A DNA stretch of 43,156 nucleotides from Bacteroidota bacterium (GTDB taxonomy: Bacteria; Bacteroidota; Bacteroidia; Palsa-965). The notes under the pieces are model-generated. The model saw only the letters and a program-made list of their open reading frames with translations. It did not search any database and was not told the DNA's origin. This document shows positions 9,847-19,073 of this stretch, in pieces. The position numbers were made by a program, and so were the translations under genes. Numbering within the stretch: position 1 is the first letter of the stretch; every line of letters begins with the position of its first letter. The DNA lies in assembly GCA_046046005.1 (NCBI GenBank), contig JBJOKQ010000003.1:1-43156 (forward strand), written 5' to 3'.

Positions 9847-10005
9847 AAAAAAAGTCCTGTCGTATAATATGCTTGTGGGGTTTCGCGAAAAAATCGCGAG
9901 AGCAGGTTCGTATTGTGTTTCACTTGAAATACTACCTGCGCGGAGCATATTCATGAGCGCAGAACGCCGGTCTGATCGGAAAAAACTACTGCTGTACCTA
10001 TCAAT

Positions 10006-10036
10006 AAAAAACGCCCCGGGTTATAACCCGAGGCGC
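10006..10036 (-). terminator. Intrinsic terminator of the Spo0M-like gene
   Basis: Minus strand reads GCGCCTCGGGTT-AT-AACCCGGGGCG-TTTTTT. Confidence 0.75.
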
Positions 10037-10057
10037 TTCAGTTTCAGAAAGTATTGT

Positions 10058-10525
10058 TTACTTCTTCTTCACTTCTTTTACATCATTCGGATCAAAAGTT
10101 GCGCCTTTTACATCACAGGTTGCAACAATCTCGAATGTTGATTTTTCTCCGTCAGCAAATTTGGAAAGCTTACCAAGTCCGCCAACTACGCCGCCTTTTT
10201 CAGCCATGCGATCATTGCTTGATTTGGAATAGGTAAACGGCACTGTGTATTCGAACTTTTTCGTTTCACCCGCTTTCATTGTGAAGCCAGGGAATTTCTG
10301 AACACCAAGATCAAAAGTTTTTTCTGTTTTGTCGTCGCCGCGCCCTGTGCTCCACTTTTCTTCAAATTTCACTTCAAGGCTTACGATTTCCTGATCACTT
10401 TTCGCAACCAATTCTACTGTTCCGCTGATACTCGGATCGTCAACCGAGAAAGTAGCAGGTACCGTTACATTTACTTTTACAGTTCCAATGCCGAAGAACT
10501 GCTTGATTTTACCTAAGAATCCCAT
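10058..10525 (-). CDS. Spo0M-like / arrestin-N-fold protein
   Basis: Start moved to ATG 10525 after an A/C-rich leader. N-terminus MGFLGKIKQFFGIGTVKV resembles the Spo0M N-terminus; beta-rich pattern ISGTVEL...AGETKKFEYTVPF. Confidence 0.6.
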   Translation of the reverse strand: MGFLGKIKQFFGIGTVKVNVTVPATFSVDDPSISGTVELVAKSDQEIVSLEVKFEEKWSTGRGDDKTEKTFDLGVQKFPGFTMKAGETKKFEYTVPFTYSKSSNDRMAEKGGVVGGLGKLSKFADGEKSTFEIVATCDVKGATFDPNDVKEVKKK

Positions 10526-10628
10526 ATTGTTTTTGTGTTTAATGTTTAACGGGCGCAAGATACAAAAGTGTTTCGGGAATCAATTGTCATATTTTTCTGC
10601 AAACGAATATTGACATTCGCCTGACAGA

Positions 10629-12731
10629 TCAGTTAATTCTCACACCGATTACCAACACATCATCCACCTGCTCAAGAGCGCCTTTCCATTGATCAAAAGA
10701 TTTTCTGAGTTCACTTTCCTGTGCTTCAACCTTCATTCCCGAAATCCGAGTTAATAAATCACGAAGTTGATTGTACTTGAATTTCTTTCCTTGAGGCCCT
10801 CCGAATTGATCAGCATAACCATCAGAAAAAAGATAGATCATATCACCGGGTTGCATCTGAATTTCATGATTGGTAAATGTGTCGACTATGCCATTTACAT
10901 TCACTCCGATCGGAGATTTATCTGCTTTAATCTGACTCAGTATTCCGTTACGTACTAGATAAAGCGGATTAAAGACGCCGGCAAATTGCAACATGCGGGT
11001 GTTTTCATTGTAACTGCATAATGCAATATCCATTCCGTCCTTAACAGTGTTACCTGATTCAGATTGCCGAAGTAATTTGTTGACACCGTAATCCAATTCG
11101 CGCAATATCTCCGATGGTTTCGTAAGGCGCAATTCATTAACAGCCCGGTTGAGTAAATTGAAACCGACAACAGACATTAATGCTCCCGGCACTCCATGTC
11201 CCGTACAGTCGACAGCAGCGAATATTTTCTGATTGTCAATTGTGTCGATCCAATAAAAATCACCGCTCACAACATCTTTCGGCAAATAGAGAATGAAACT
11301 TTCCGGTAGTGTTTTCTTGACAATGGAAACCGGAGCCAATATGGAATCCTGAATTCTGCGCGCATAATTGATGCTGTCCGTGATTTCGTCTTTTTGTAAA
11401 GTAATTTCTTTGTTCTTCTTCTCAAGAACATCAGCCAATCTGTTTTTTGAACGAAATCTATTGTACAGCAACAATGACAATAGTACAAGGACAGCAACAC
11501 CGCCAATCAAAATGAGAATACGATTGTTCAGTGCTTCCTGCTTCAATTCTGCTTCCGCTTGTCGGAGTTTCAGTTCCTGATCTTTCTTCCCGATATTATA
11601 TTTCTGTTTTTCCTGATCAACGCGGCTTTGCTCATCTTCACCATGTAATTGATCATTTAAAGTGATGTATTTGCGCAAATAGATAAGTGAAGAATCGTAC
11701 TCTTTCTGCGATTCGAAAACCGAAGATAAACTGTAGTACGTGTCCATGAGATGCTGTTTCAAATTGTGTTTCATTGCGATCTCCATTGCATTTCTGAAAT
11801 AGTGCAATGCAGAATCGCGATTACCGAGGCCGTCATGAATTTTTCCGAGTGTTCCCAGATTCCCCACTGTTCCATCCGGTCGATTCAGTTTCATATTCAT
11901 CGAGAGTGCAATATGTGCGTAAAAGAGTGCGCTGTCCAATTTCTCCATGTGTAAAAAGCAATTGGCAATATTGTTCACTGCCATACTTACTTTTGAATCA
12001 GCTCCGATAGAACGAAATGTTACTTCTGCCATTCGCAGATAAATCAACGAAGAGTCATAGTCCCCGCGCTGATCAAGAATTGCGCCGATGTTGGATGCAG
12101 CTGCCGCTTCAAACCCCGGATTATTCTGACTGCTCTTGTTCATTTCCAGAGCAGTGACATAGTTGAACAGCGCAGAGTTCAGATCTTTTTGAGAGTAATA
12201 AATGTTACCAAGCGTGAGTCTGCAAACTGCAATTGCGAAAGTGTCGTTGAGTTTTTCATTGATCTGAAGCGACTGCAAACAGAACGCAGCAGAGTTTCCG
12301 TAATCCCCCGTCTTCTGGTAAAGATTTGCAGTGTTGAGCAAAATCTTCGCCTCTTCTCCGGATGACTTCATTGTGCGCGACACAATCAACGCACTGTCGT
12401 AATACATCAGCGCATCTGCAAATTCACCTTGACTTTCAAAACTCTGAGCGAGCAGGTTGTATCCATTTTCCAAGCCGAGATTGTAATTCTGAAGCCGGGA
12501 ATATGCAATCGCTCTGCGAGAATATTCTCTTGATTTGTTTGCGTCTGTAAATCTGTAGCTATCGGCAATGCGGTTGCATAGATTAGCTTTTGCTGTATCA
12601 TTTTGTTCAAGCAGAAGCAGTTTTTTCAAGCTGTCCGCTTTTTGATTCTGTTGTCCGAACAACGAATCACTGCGCAAAGAATAAACGAGCAGCAGAATAA
12701 ATGAACAGTAGCTAAAATAGGATTTGATCAT
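10629..12731 (-). CDS. Membrane sensor: extracytoplasmic TPR repeats, TM helix, coiled coil, SpoIIE/PP2C phosphatase
   Basis: TPR-like repeats; TM ILILIGGVAVLVLLSLLLY; VSGDFYW, DCTGHGVPGA, DGMD, FSDGYADQF, QVDDV. Confidence 0.9.
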   Translation of the reverse strand: MIKSYFSYCSFILLLVYSLRSDSLFGQQNQKADSLKKLLLLEQNDTAKANLCNRIADSYRFTDANKSREYSRRAIAYSRLQNYNLGLENGYNLLAQSFESQGEFADALMYYDSALIVSRTMKSSGEEAKILLNTANLYQKTGDYGNSAAFCLQSLQINEKLNDTFAIAVCRLTLGNIYYSQKDLNSALFNYVTALEMNKSSQNNPGFEAAAASNIGAILDQRGDYDSSLIYLRMAEVTFRSIGADSKVSMAVNNIANCFLHMEKLDSALFYAHIALSMNMKLNRPDGTVGNLGTLGKIHDGLGNRDSALHYFRNAMEIAMKHNLKQHLMDTYYSLSSVFESQKEYDSSLIYLRKYITLNDQLHGEDEQSRVDQEKQKYNIGKKDQELKLRQAEAELKQEALNNRILILIGGVAVLVLLSLLLYNRFRSKNRLADVLEKKNKEITLQKDEITDSINYARRIQDSILAPVSIVKKTLPESFILYLPKDVVSGDFYWIDTIDNQKIFAAVDCTGHGVPGALMSVVGFNLLNRAVNELRLTKPSEILRELDYGVNKLLRQSESGNTVKDGMDIALCSYNENTRMLQFAGVFNPLYLVRNGILSQIKADKSPIGVNVNGIVDTFTNHEIQMQPGDMIYLFSDGYADQFGGPQGKKFKYNQLRDLLTRISGMKVEAQESELRKSFDQWKGALEQVDDVLVIGVRIN

Positions 12732-15700
12732 CAGAGTCTGATTCCAATTATTAGAACATCATCCACTTGCTCCAGATTTCCTTTCCATTTTGTGAATGAA
12801 GTGTGAAGAATATCCCGTTGTTGTTGAAGACTGAGATTGGAGTTATTAAGCAGCAACTCCTGAAGTTTTTTTACCATGAACTTCTTTCCCTTCGGGCCGC
12901 CAAATTGATCGGCATAACCATCAGTTGTCATGTAGATCGTGTCGTTCGCTTTCAATTGAAAGCTATGCGTGTTGAAATGTCTGATTTCTTCGTACTGATC
13001 ACCGGCAATGCCGCACTTATTTGCTTTTATTTCAGAGAACGATCCGTTGCTGATAATCCACATGGATCTGTTGGCGCCGGCATATGTTACACTACGGGTT
13101 AATGGATCTATAGCACAAATTGCAATATCCATTCCGTCTTTTGTGCTTCCTCCTGCATCTTGCTTCAGAGCTTTACGTACGCGAATATGAAGTTCCTGAA
13201 GAATTTGTCCCGGGTCGATAATTCCATCTTCAACTATAATCTGATTGAGAATAGTATTTCCAATCATACTCATTAATGCGCCCGGAACGCCGTGTCCGGT
13301 GCAATCCGCGCACACAGCGAACGTTAACCCGTTTCTTTGCGCAAACCAATAGAAATCTCCGCTTACAATATCACGAGGTTCAAACAGAACGAAACTTTCA
13401 GCGAAAAGTTTTCGCAATTCTTCTTCTTCCGGTAATATCGCGGTTTGAATACGTTTAGCGTATTGTATACTGTCCTGAATTCCGGTATAGGCTTCCTCAA
13501 GATCTTCCTTTTGTTTTTCTATTTGATGTTTCTGCTGTACGACTTCCTGTGTACGCGTTTGGACGATTCTTTCAAGTTTTTCTTTCTGCAAGCGTAATCG
13601 TCTTGCACTCAAACGTACGGTTGCAAACAAAGTCAAAAAGAAAACTACACCATATCCTGCATAAGCCCAGCCTGTTCTGTACCACGGAGGTAAAATTGTA
13701 AATGTATAACGCGACTCGGTACTTTGCATTCCGAAGGAATTGGAAGCGCGCACTACAAACGTGTAAGTTCCCTCATGCAGATTTGTATATTCTTTCCAGG
13801 CAACAGCTGAGAGTGAAGACCACGTTGTATCAAAGCCGATGAGTTTATATTGAAAAGTTACGGATGTGTTATAAGTGAAGTAAGGTGCAGCAAAGTAAAA
13901 GGCAACGGAGTTTCGTGAGTATGGAATCTCAAGCGCGACAGAAGGAAAGAAAACCTCGGACGTGTCGCCGGTGAATTTTACTCCTGTAATCAATGCATTG
14001 AATTTAACCGAAGTGTCAATATGATTCGAAAGATCATATTGAACAAGTTGCTGCTGATTCATGATCCAAAGAATACTATCCGGCATTGCAATTCCGAATT
14101 GAATGTTTTCTCCTGCGAAAAGTTCACCAAGCAATACCGGTACGGGATAAACATAATCTTTACGCCATCCGTAAAACACGGTATACTCGTTACCTTCTTC
14201 TTCGCTGAACATACGGAAGTTGAATCCGTCGGATTTTATTTTAAGCACTCCGCTTCTGACTTTTTCATTGATGTCAGGAGCAAGACGAAAGCATACGGAA
14301 GAATCATTTTTGTCAAGCGAAGGAATATAACGGTACGAACCGAAGTAACTTACATAATATACCGAATCACCAATTGTTACCGGGAAGTAATCGTCCAACG
14401 GTAAACCGTTGACAGAAGTATATTCTTTCATAGAAAATACAGAGTCTGTGATTCCGGCATTGATACGCAACACAGTTTTGAATCTTGTGAAGGCTGAAAA
14501 AGAAATGGTTCCGTTATTTTCATGTTGCGCCGGTGACATACGCAGCAACTCTGTGCCCGGAAGTTCGTACGTAAAAGCGGACTCCCATTTTCCGTTAGTG
14601 TTTTTGATTACAGATAGTCCGCCTTTTTCTGCAGTCATAAATACTTTGCCCGTATCAATCCATTGCATTTCATTGGTGTACCAATTGGTAATGGCAACGT
14701 TTGAATTTCTGACTTTATCGTATTCAAAAACACCCATGGAAGATGAGATGAGCAGATATCGTCCATAAGGTTTTACATCCCACACTTCATTCTGCGGAAT
14801 ATTCAATTTGATAAACTGCAAAGGACCACCGGGTATTGAAGGCCCTGTTTTCTTGTATAAACCTTCGGAGGTTCCGACATACATTGTATCGCCTGCAAAA
14901 ACACCTACTTCCAATGTGCCTGTTAATCCGGTTTCTTCTCCATAAGTAACAGCCGGAACATCATAACAAATCATGGAACAACCATCATTGTGCATGAGCC
15001 AGATATTTTTTTCACGATCAACGAACAGTTCCGTTATCGTTTCATTACTCAAGCCGCTTTTACGATTGAAGAATGCTTTCATTCGAAATGAACGATCATA
15101 GATCGCAAATCCGATCCGACTGTTAACGGCAAACTCATTCGCATTAATCCATTCGCAACCAAGCACAGTACCACTCGTTAACAATGTATCGCCGGATACA
15201 TTGAATAAAGTGAATGATGGGTTATCTGAATTTACATTCCCCATTTTGTAAAAACCGTGATCACCAGTAAGCAGCAGAAGTGTATCGGGTGTATATTCCA
15301 GTATTCCCAACAGACGTTCTTCACCGATGAATGCAGAATTCGCTACTTTTTTCATTTCGGTTCCGGCAATTTCCATTAAACCGACACCGCGTTGTTTTAC
15401 AAAAAGTCTATTTCCTGCACCGAACATCAATGCGAACGAATGGCCTGATTCCGGCTCAATTGTACCTGTAACATTTTTTCCTTCGAGAATGAAAATCCGC
15501 TCACCGCTTTCAAAATAGATTCTGTTGCCTATCTGGTATGATTCCCATACATCTGTAAAAACCGCCTGCTCAGGAGTAAGTTGATCGACAAAACTTCTGT
15601 ATTTAAACATGCCGCTGGCATCGCGCTCGAGACAACCGAATTCACCAACGGCGCCTACATAAATTATTCCGGATTGCTCGTCAAGATGCAATTGTCGTGT

Positions 15701-15931
15701 TGCCGCACCGCGTTTAACGGGTACAGTGTACCAGCGAATGCCATCATAAACATAAATCGCCGATGTGGAAGCAATGTAAAGTAATCCGCTGCTGTCCTGA
15801 ACGCATTGCCATGTTTGATTGAAACCGTGATACTCACTCGATTTATAGTTGCGGATGTAATACGGACTTTGTTGTGCATCACATACGATGCAGAAGAACA
15901 AAATCGAAATTACAATCAGCGCTGCTCTCAT
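12731..15931 (-). CDS. Membrane sensor: beta-propeller and Y_Y_Y domains, TM helix, SpoIIE/PP2C phosphatase
   Basis: Propeller repeats (QDSSGLLYIA, GLSNETITELFVDREKNIW); Y_Y_Y segment FQYKLIGFDTTW...YTNLHEGTYTFVVRA; ILPPWYRT before the TM; GDFYW, DCTGHG, DGMD, TDGYADQF, VDDV. Confidence 0.9.
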   Translation of the reverse strand: MRAALIVISILFFCIVCDAQQSPYYIRNYKSSEYHGFNQTWQCVQDSSGLLYIASTSAIYVYDGIRWYTVPVKRGAATRQLHLDEQSGIIYVGAVGEFGCLERDASGMFKYRSFVDQLTPEQAVFTDVWESYQIGNRIYFESGERIFILEGKNVTGTIEPESGHSFALMFGAGNRLFVKQRGVGLMEIAGTEMKKVANSAFIGEERLLGILEYTPDTLLLLTGDHGFYKMGNVNSDNPSFTLFNVSGDTLLTSGTVLGCEWINANEFAVNSRIGFAIYDRSFRMKAFFNRKSGLSNETITELFVDREKNIWLMHNDGCSMICYDVPAVTYGEETGLTGTLEVGVFAGDTMYVGTSEGLYKKTGPSIPGGPLQFIKLNIPQNEVWDVKPYGRYLLISSSMGVFEYDKVRNSNVAITNWYTNEMQWIDTGKVFMTAEKGGLSVIKNTNGKWESAFTYELPGTELLRMSPAQHENNGTISFSAFTRFKTVLRINAGITDSVFSMKEYTSVNGLPLDDYFPVTIGDSVYYVSYFGSYRYIPSLDKNDSSVCFRLAPDINEKVRSGVLKIKSDGFNFRMFSEEEGNEYTVFYGWRKDYVYPVPVLLGELFAGENIQFGIAMPDSILWIMNQQQLVQYDLSNHIDTSVKFNALITGVKFTGDTSEVFFPSVALEIPYSRNSVAFYFAAPYFTYNTSVTFQYKLIGFDTTWSSLSAVAWKEYTNLHEGTYTFVVRASNSFGMQSTESRYTFTILPPWYRTGWAYAGYGVVFFLTLFATVRLSARRLRLQKEKLERIVQTRTQEVVQQKHQIEKQKEDLEEAYTGIQDSIQYAKRIQTAILPEEEELRKLFAESFVLFEPRDIVSGDFYWFAQRNGLTFAVCADCTGHGVPGALMSMIGNTILNQIIVEDGIIDPGQILQELHIRVRKALKQDAGGSTKDGMDIAICAIDPLTRSVTYAGANRSMWIISNGSFSEIKANKCGIAGDQYEEIRHFNTHSFQLKANDTIYMTTDGYADQFGGPKGKKFMVKKLQELLLNNSNLSLQQQRDILHTSFTKWKGNLEQVDDVLIIGIRL

Positions 15932-17094
15932 TTGCTATGTTCAAGTGCCTGTTCGAGATCCGCAACTATATCCGTGATGTGCTCCAGTCCGACAGAAATA
16001 CGTACAAGTCCGGGAGTAATTCCAGTACTGAGTCTTTCCGCTTCCGTTAGTTTTGCGTGCGTTGTTGATGCGGGATGTGTAACTGTTGTGCGTGTATCGC
16101 CGAGATTCGCTGTAAGTGAGCACATCTTTATTGCATCAAGAAATCTGCGCCCTTGTTCAAGTCCGCCTTTCAATTCAAATGTAACAACACCGCCTCCGCC
16201 TTTCATTTGCTTTCTGGCGATTTCATATTGCGGATGTGAAAGCAGCCAAGGATATTTAACGGATTTCACTGAAGGATGATGTTCCAGCAGTCCTGCAAGC
16301 TTTAATGCATTTTCTGAATGACGTTCCATGCGAAGATGCAATGTCTCCAGACTTTTTGAAAGTACCCACGCATTGAAAGGCGATAATGAAGGACCTGTTG
16401 CGCGACAGAAAAGATAAACTTCTTTCACCAGATCTTTTCTTCCGCAAACAGCACCACCCATTACGCGACCTTGTCCGTCAATGAACTTGGTTGCAGAATG
16501 TGTAACAATGTCGGCACCAAACTTTGCAGGCTGCTGCAATGCCGGAGTAGCGAAACAATTGTCAATATTCAGAATGACCTTGTGCTTGCGTGCCAATTGT
16601 CCCAACCATTCGAGATCAACCAAATCCAATCCGGGATTTGTAGGCGTTTCAGCAAAAATCATTTTTGTATTCGGGCGAATCAATGCCTCCCACGTTTCAG
16701 GTTTATTGATATCCGCATACGAATATTCAATTCCCCAACGCGTCAGATATTTTGTAATTACAGTATGCGTTGATCCGAATATGGAACTGCAAGCAAGCAG
16801 ATGATCTCCCGCTTTCAGAAACGCAAGAAATGATGCCGTGATCGCCGACATTCCTGAAGCAGTTGCAAAGCAATCTTCTGTTTCTTCAAGCGCCGCCAGC
16901 TTCTGTTCAAATTCGGTTACATTCGGATTTGAAAAGCGACTGTAAATATTCACGTCCTTCTCATCAGCGAAAGCAGCGCGCATTTCTTCGGCATTATCAA
17001 AAACAAAACTTGATGTAAGGAAGATTGGAGTTGAATGTTCCCCCTCGTTGCTGCGCTCGGTTTGAATGCGGATCGCTTTTGACTCTGGTCTCAT
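15928..17094 (-). CDS. metZ: O-acylhomoserine sulfhydrylase (Cys/Met metabolism PLP enzyme)
   Basis: YSRFSNPN, ASGMSA, ETPTNP, DNCFATP, PLP lysine in HSATKFIDGQGR, NLGDTRTTVTHPASTTH. Confidence 0.85.
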   Translation of the reverse strand: MRPESKAIRIQTERSNEGEHSTPIFLTSSFVFDNAEEMRAAFADEKDVNIYSRFSNPNVTEFEQKLAALEETEDCFATASGMSAITASFLAFLKAGDHLLACSSIFGSTHTVITKYLTRWGIEYSYADINKPETWEALIRPNTKMIFAETPTNPGLDLVDLEWLGQLARKHKVILNIDNCFATPALQQPAKFGADIVTHSATKFIDGQGRVMGGAVCGRKDLVKEVYLFCRATGPSLSPFNAWVLSKSLETLHLRMERHSENALKLAGLLEHHPSVKSVKYPWLLSHPQYEIARKQMKGGGGVVTFELKGGLEQGRRFLDAIKMCSLTANLGDTRTTVTHPASTTHAKLTEAERLSTGITPGLVRISVGLEHITDIVADLEQALEHSK

Positions 17095-17119
17095 TACAAT
17101 TAGATATTAGGCAGTCGTA

Positions 17120-17551
17120 TTATACAAGTTTGTTGCCGTTGAGCACTATTTCCCAGCTGATCTTGGCGCCGGCTATTTCAAGGGTCTTCGATACCGAACA
17201 GTATTTTTCCATAGAAAGTTGACACGCACGCTTTGCTTTTTCAGGATCAATTGCGCCTTCCAGATGATAAACGATGTGCGCCTGTTGCCACAAAGCCGGT
17301 TCCTTACCTTTCTGCCGTTCGCCGTCAATTTCAATCCTGAAATCTTTGATTTCCTGTTTCTGTTTTTTCAGAATCATGATGATATCAATCGCACTGCAGC
17401 CACCAACAGACATGAGCAAGGCCTGCATCGGGCGAACACCTTTGCCTTTTCCTCCGATTTCCGGATTCGCATCAAAATGCATGATTTCTTCTCCCTGACC
17501 TTTCGCTTCGAAATGAAACGCATCGTCAAGTCGCTGAAGTGTAACTTTCAT
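17120..17551 (-). CDS. OsmC/YhfA family protein
   Basis: RPMQALLMSVGGCSAIDI...ILKKQ and EKYCSVSKTL (two conserved Cys). Confidence 0.88.
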   Translation of the reverse strand: MKVTLQRLDDAFHFEAKGQGEEIMHFDANPEIGGKGKGVRPMQALLMSVGGCSAIDIIMILKKQKQEIKDFRIEIDGERQKGKEPALWQQAHIVYHLEGAIDPEKAKRACQLSMEKYCSVSKTLEIAGAKISWEIVLNGNKLV

Positions 17552-17603
17552 GGGTAATAATTTATATCTGTAAAGATAGAAATTAGCGTATCATGCACTG
17601 TGG

Positions 17604-17611
17604 TATATTTG
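17604..17611 (+). promoter_or_regulatory. Bacteroidota -7 element for metX
   Basis: TATATTTG, 7 nt before ATG 17619. Confidence 0.5.
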
Positions 17612-17618
17612 CAGTGTT

Positions 17619-18635
17619 ATGAAGGAAAACCTCTATAGGTTCAACAGGGATTTTCAGACAGAATCAGGGATTGTGATCTCCGGACTGGAACTGTTCTATT
17701 GCACTTCCGGCGAATACGTTCAAGGTAAATCGCGTGTTGTTTGGGTATGTCATGCATTAACGGCAAGCGCAGATTGTGAATCGTGGTGGCCTGATTTGAT
17801 AGGAGCAGGTAGAGCTTTAGGGAAAGTTGATGAGTTTGTGATTTGTGTCAACATTCCTTCCAGCTGTTACGGCAGCACAGGTCCGTTGAGTGTTAATCCG
17901 AAAACCGGAGAGAAATATTATTCGCAGTTTCCGGTGTTCACAGTGCGAGACATTGTAAGCTCGTTTATAGAATTGAGAAAGCATTTGCAAATCGATACTA
18001 TTGATTTACTCATTGGAGGATCAATGGGCGGTTATCAATGTGTTGAGTGGGCAATCATGGAGCCTGAAGCAATTAAGAATCTTGTTTTGGTTGCAACCGG
18101 TGCGCGCGAATCGGCATGGGGAATTGCTATTCATACTTCACAACGTTTGGCAATTGAAACTGATCCTTCATTCGGAGAGAAGCGGGACGAAGCTGGTGCT
18201 AAAGGTTTGAAAACAGCCCGTGCGATAGGCATGCTTACGTATCGCAGTTATGAGGCGTTCGTTGCTTCACAATCGGATGAAGATGATCGCACGGATAATT
18301 TCAAAGTATCATCATACATACATTATCAAGGTGATAAGTTGGTGAATCGATTCAATGCGTATTCATATTGGTTACTTACAAAAACCATGGATTCGCACAA
18401 CGTTGGTCGCGGTAGAGCAGGTGTGGAGTCCGCTTTGAAATCAATCAGTGCACGGACATTGTGCATCGGTATCAGCAGCGATTTTTTATGTCCGGTGAAA
18501 GAACAGAAGTTTCTTGCGGCTAATATCCCGGATGCAACGTACGTGGAAATAGATTCACCCTTCGGGCACGATGGTTTTCTTGTGGAAGGGAAAGTTATTG
18601 GCGATATAATTCAGAACTGGGCGGATACGAACTGA
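17619..18635 (+). CDS. metX: Homoserine O-acyltransferase (MetX family, alpha/beta hydrolase)
   Basis: CHALT, CYGSTGP, nucleophile GGSMGG, LTYRS, YQGDKLVNRF, catalytic GHDGFL. Confidence 0.92.
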   Translation: MKENLYRFNRDFQTESGIVISGLELFYCTSGEYVQGKSRVVWVCHALTASADCESWWPDLIGAGRALGKVDEFVICVNIPSSCYGSTGPLSVNPKTGEKYYSQFPVFTVRDIVSSFIELRKHLQIDTIDLLIGGSMGGYQCVEWAIMEPEAIKNLVLVATGARESAWGIAIHTSQRLAIETDPSFGEKRDEAGAKGLKTARAIGMLTYRSYEAFVASQSDEDDRTDNFKVSSYIHYQGDKLVNRFNAYSYWLLTKTMDSHNVGRGRAGVESALKSISARTLCIGISSDFLCPVKEQKFLAANIPDATYVEIDSPFGHDGFLVEGKVIGDIIQNWADTN

Positions 18636-18660
18636 TTCCTGCAAGCAGTAATAATGCGGG

Positions 18661-19047
18661 TTAAAAATTTTCGAGCGCTTCCCACAACTCAATCTTGTTT
18701 CCTTCCGGATCCATAATGTGCGCAAACTTACCATAGTCGTAAACCTGCATTTCTCCGATAACCTGCACGCCTTCTTTTTTCAATTCCTCTAGAAGCTCCG
18801 GGAGATTTTCAACGCGGTAATTGATCATGAATTCTTTTTGGGAGGGCTCAAAATATTTGGTGTCGTTTTTAAACGGATTCCAAACAGTTTGTCCTTTCAC
18901 TTCGGGATTTTCTGCATCGCGCCAATCAAAAACAGCTCCGTATTCAGTAGCCGGAATGCCGAGATGTTTAGCATACCATTCGCGTTGCGCTTGCGGATCA
19001 GCACACTTGAAAAACACTCCGCCCAGTGACGTTACTCGCTTTTTCAT
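18661..19047 (-). CDS. VOC / glyoxalase family protein
   Basis: KRVTSLGGVFFK...WYAKHLG, FMINYRV, YGKFAHIMDPEGNKIELWE. Confidence 0.9.
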   Translation of the reverse strand: MKKRVTSLGGVFFKCADPQAQREWYAKHLGIPATEYGAVFDWRDAENPEVKGQTVWNPFKNDTKYFEPSQKEFMINYRVENLPELLEELKKEGVQVIGEMQVYDYGKFAHIMDPEGNKIELWEALENF

Positions 19048-19073
19048 AGGAAGTCAGGTTTAGCTTTTTATTT

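Noticed and set aside
9836-9954. Short minus-strand ORF (MNMLRAGSISS..., about 39 aa) across the structured element
   Set aside because: No recognisable features; the nested inverted repeats are better explained as RNA or DNA structure.
17552-17618. SAM riboswitch for metX/metZ
   Set aside because: The interval is 67 nt, AT-rich, holds promoter-like elements and shows no conserved SAM core.
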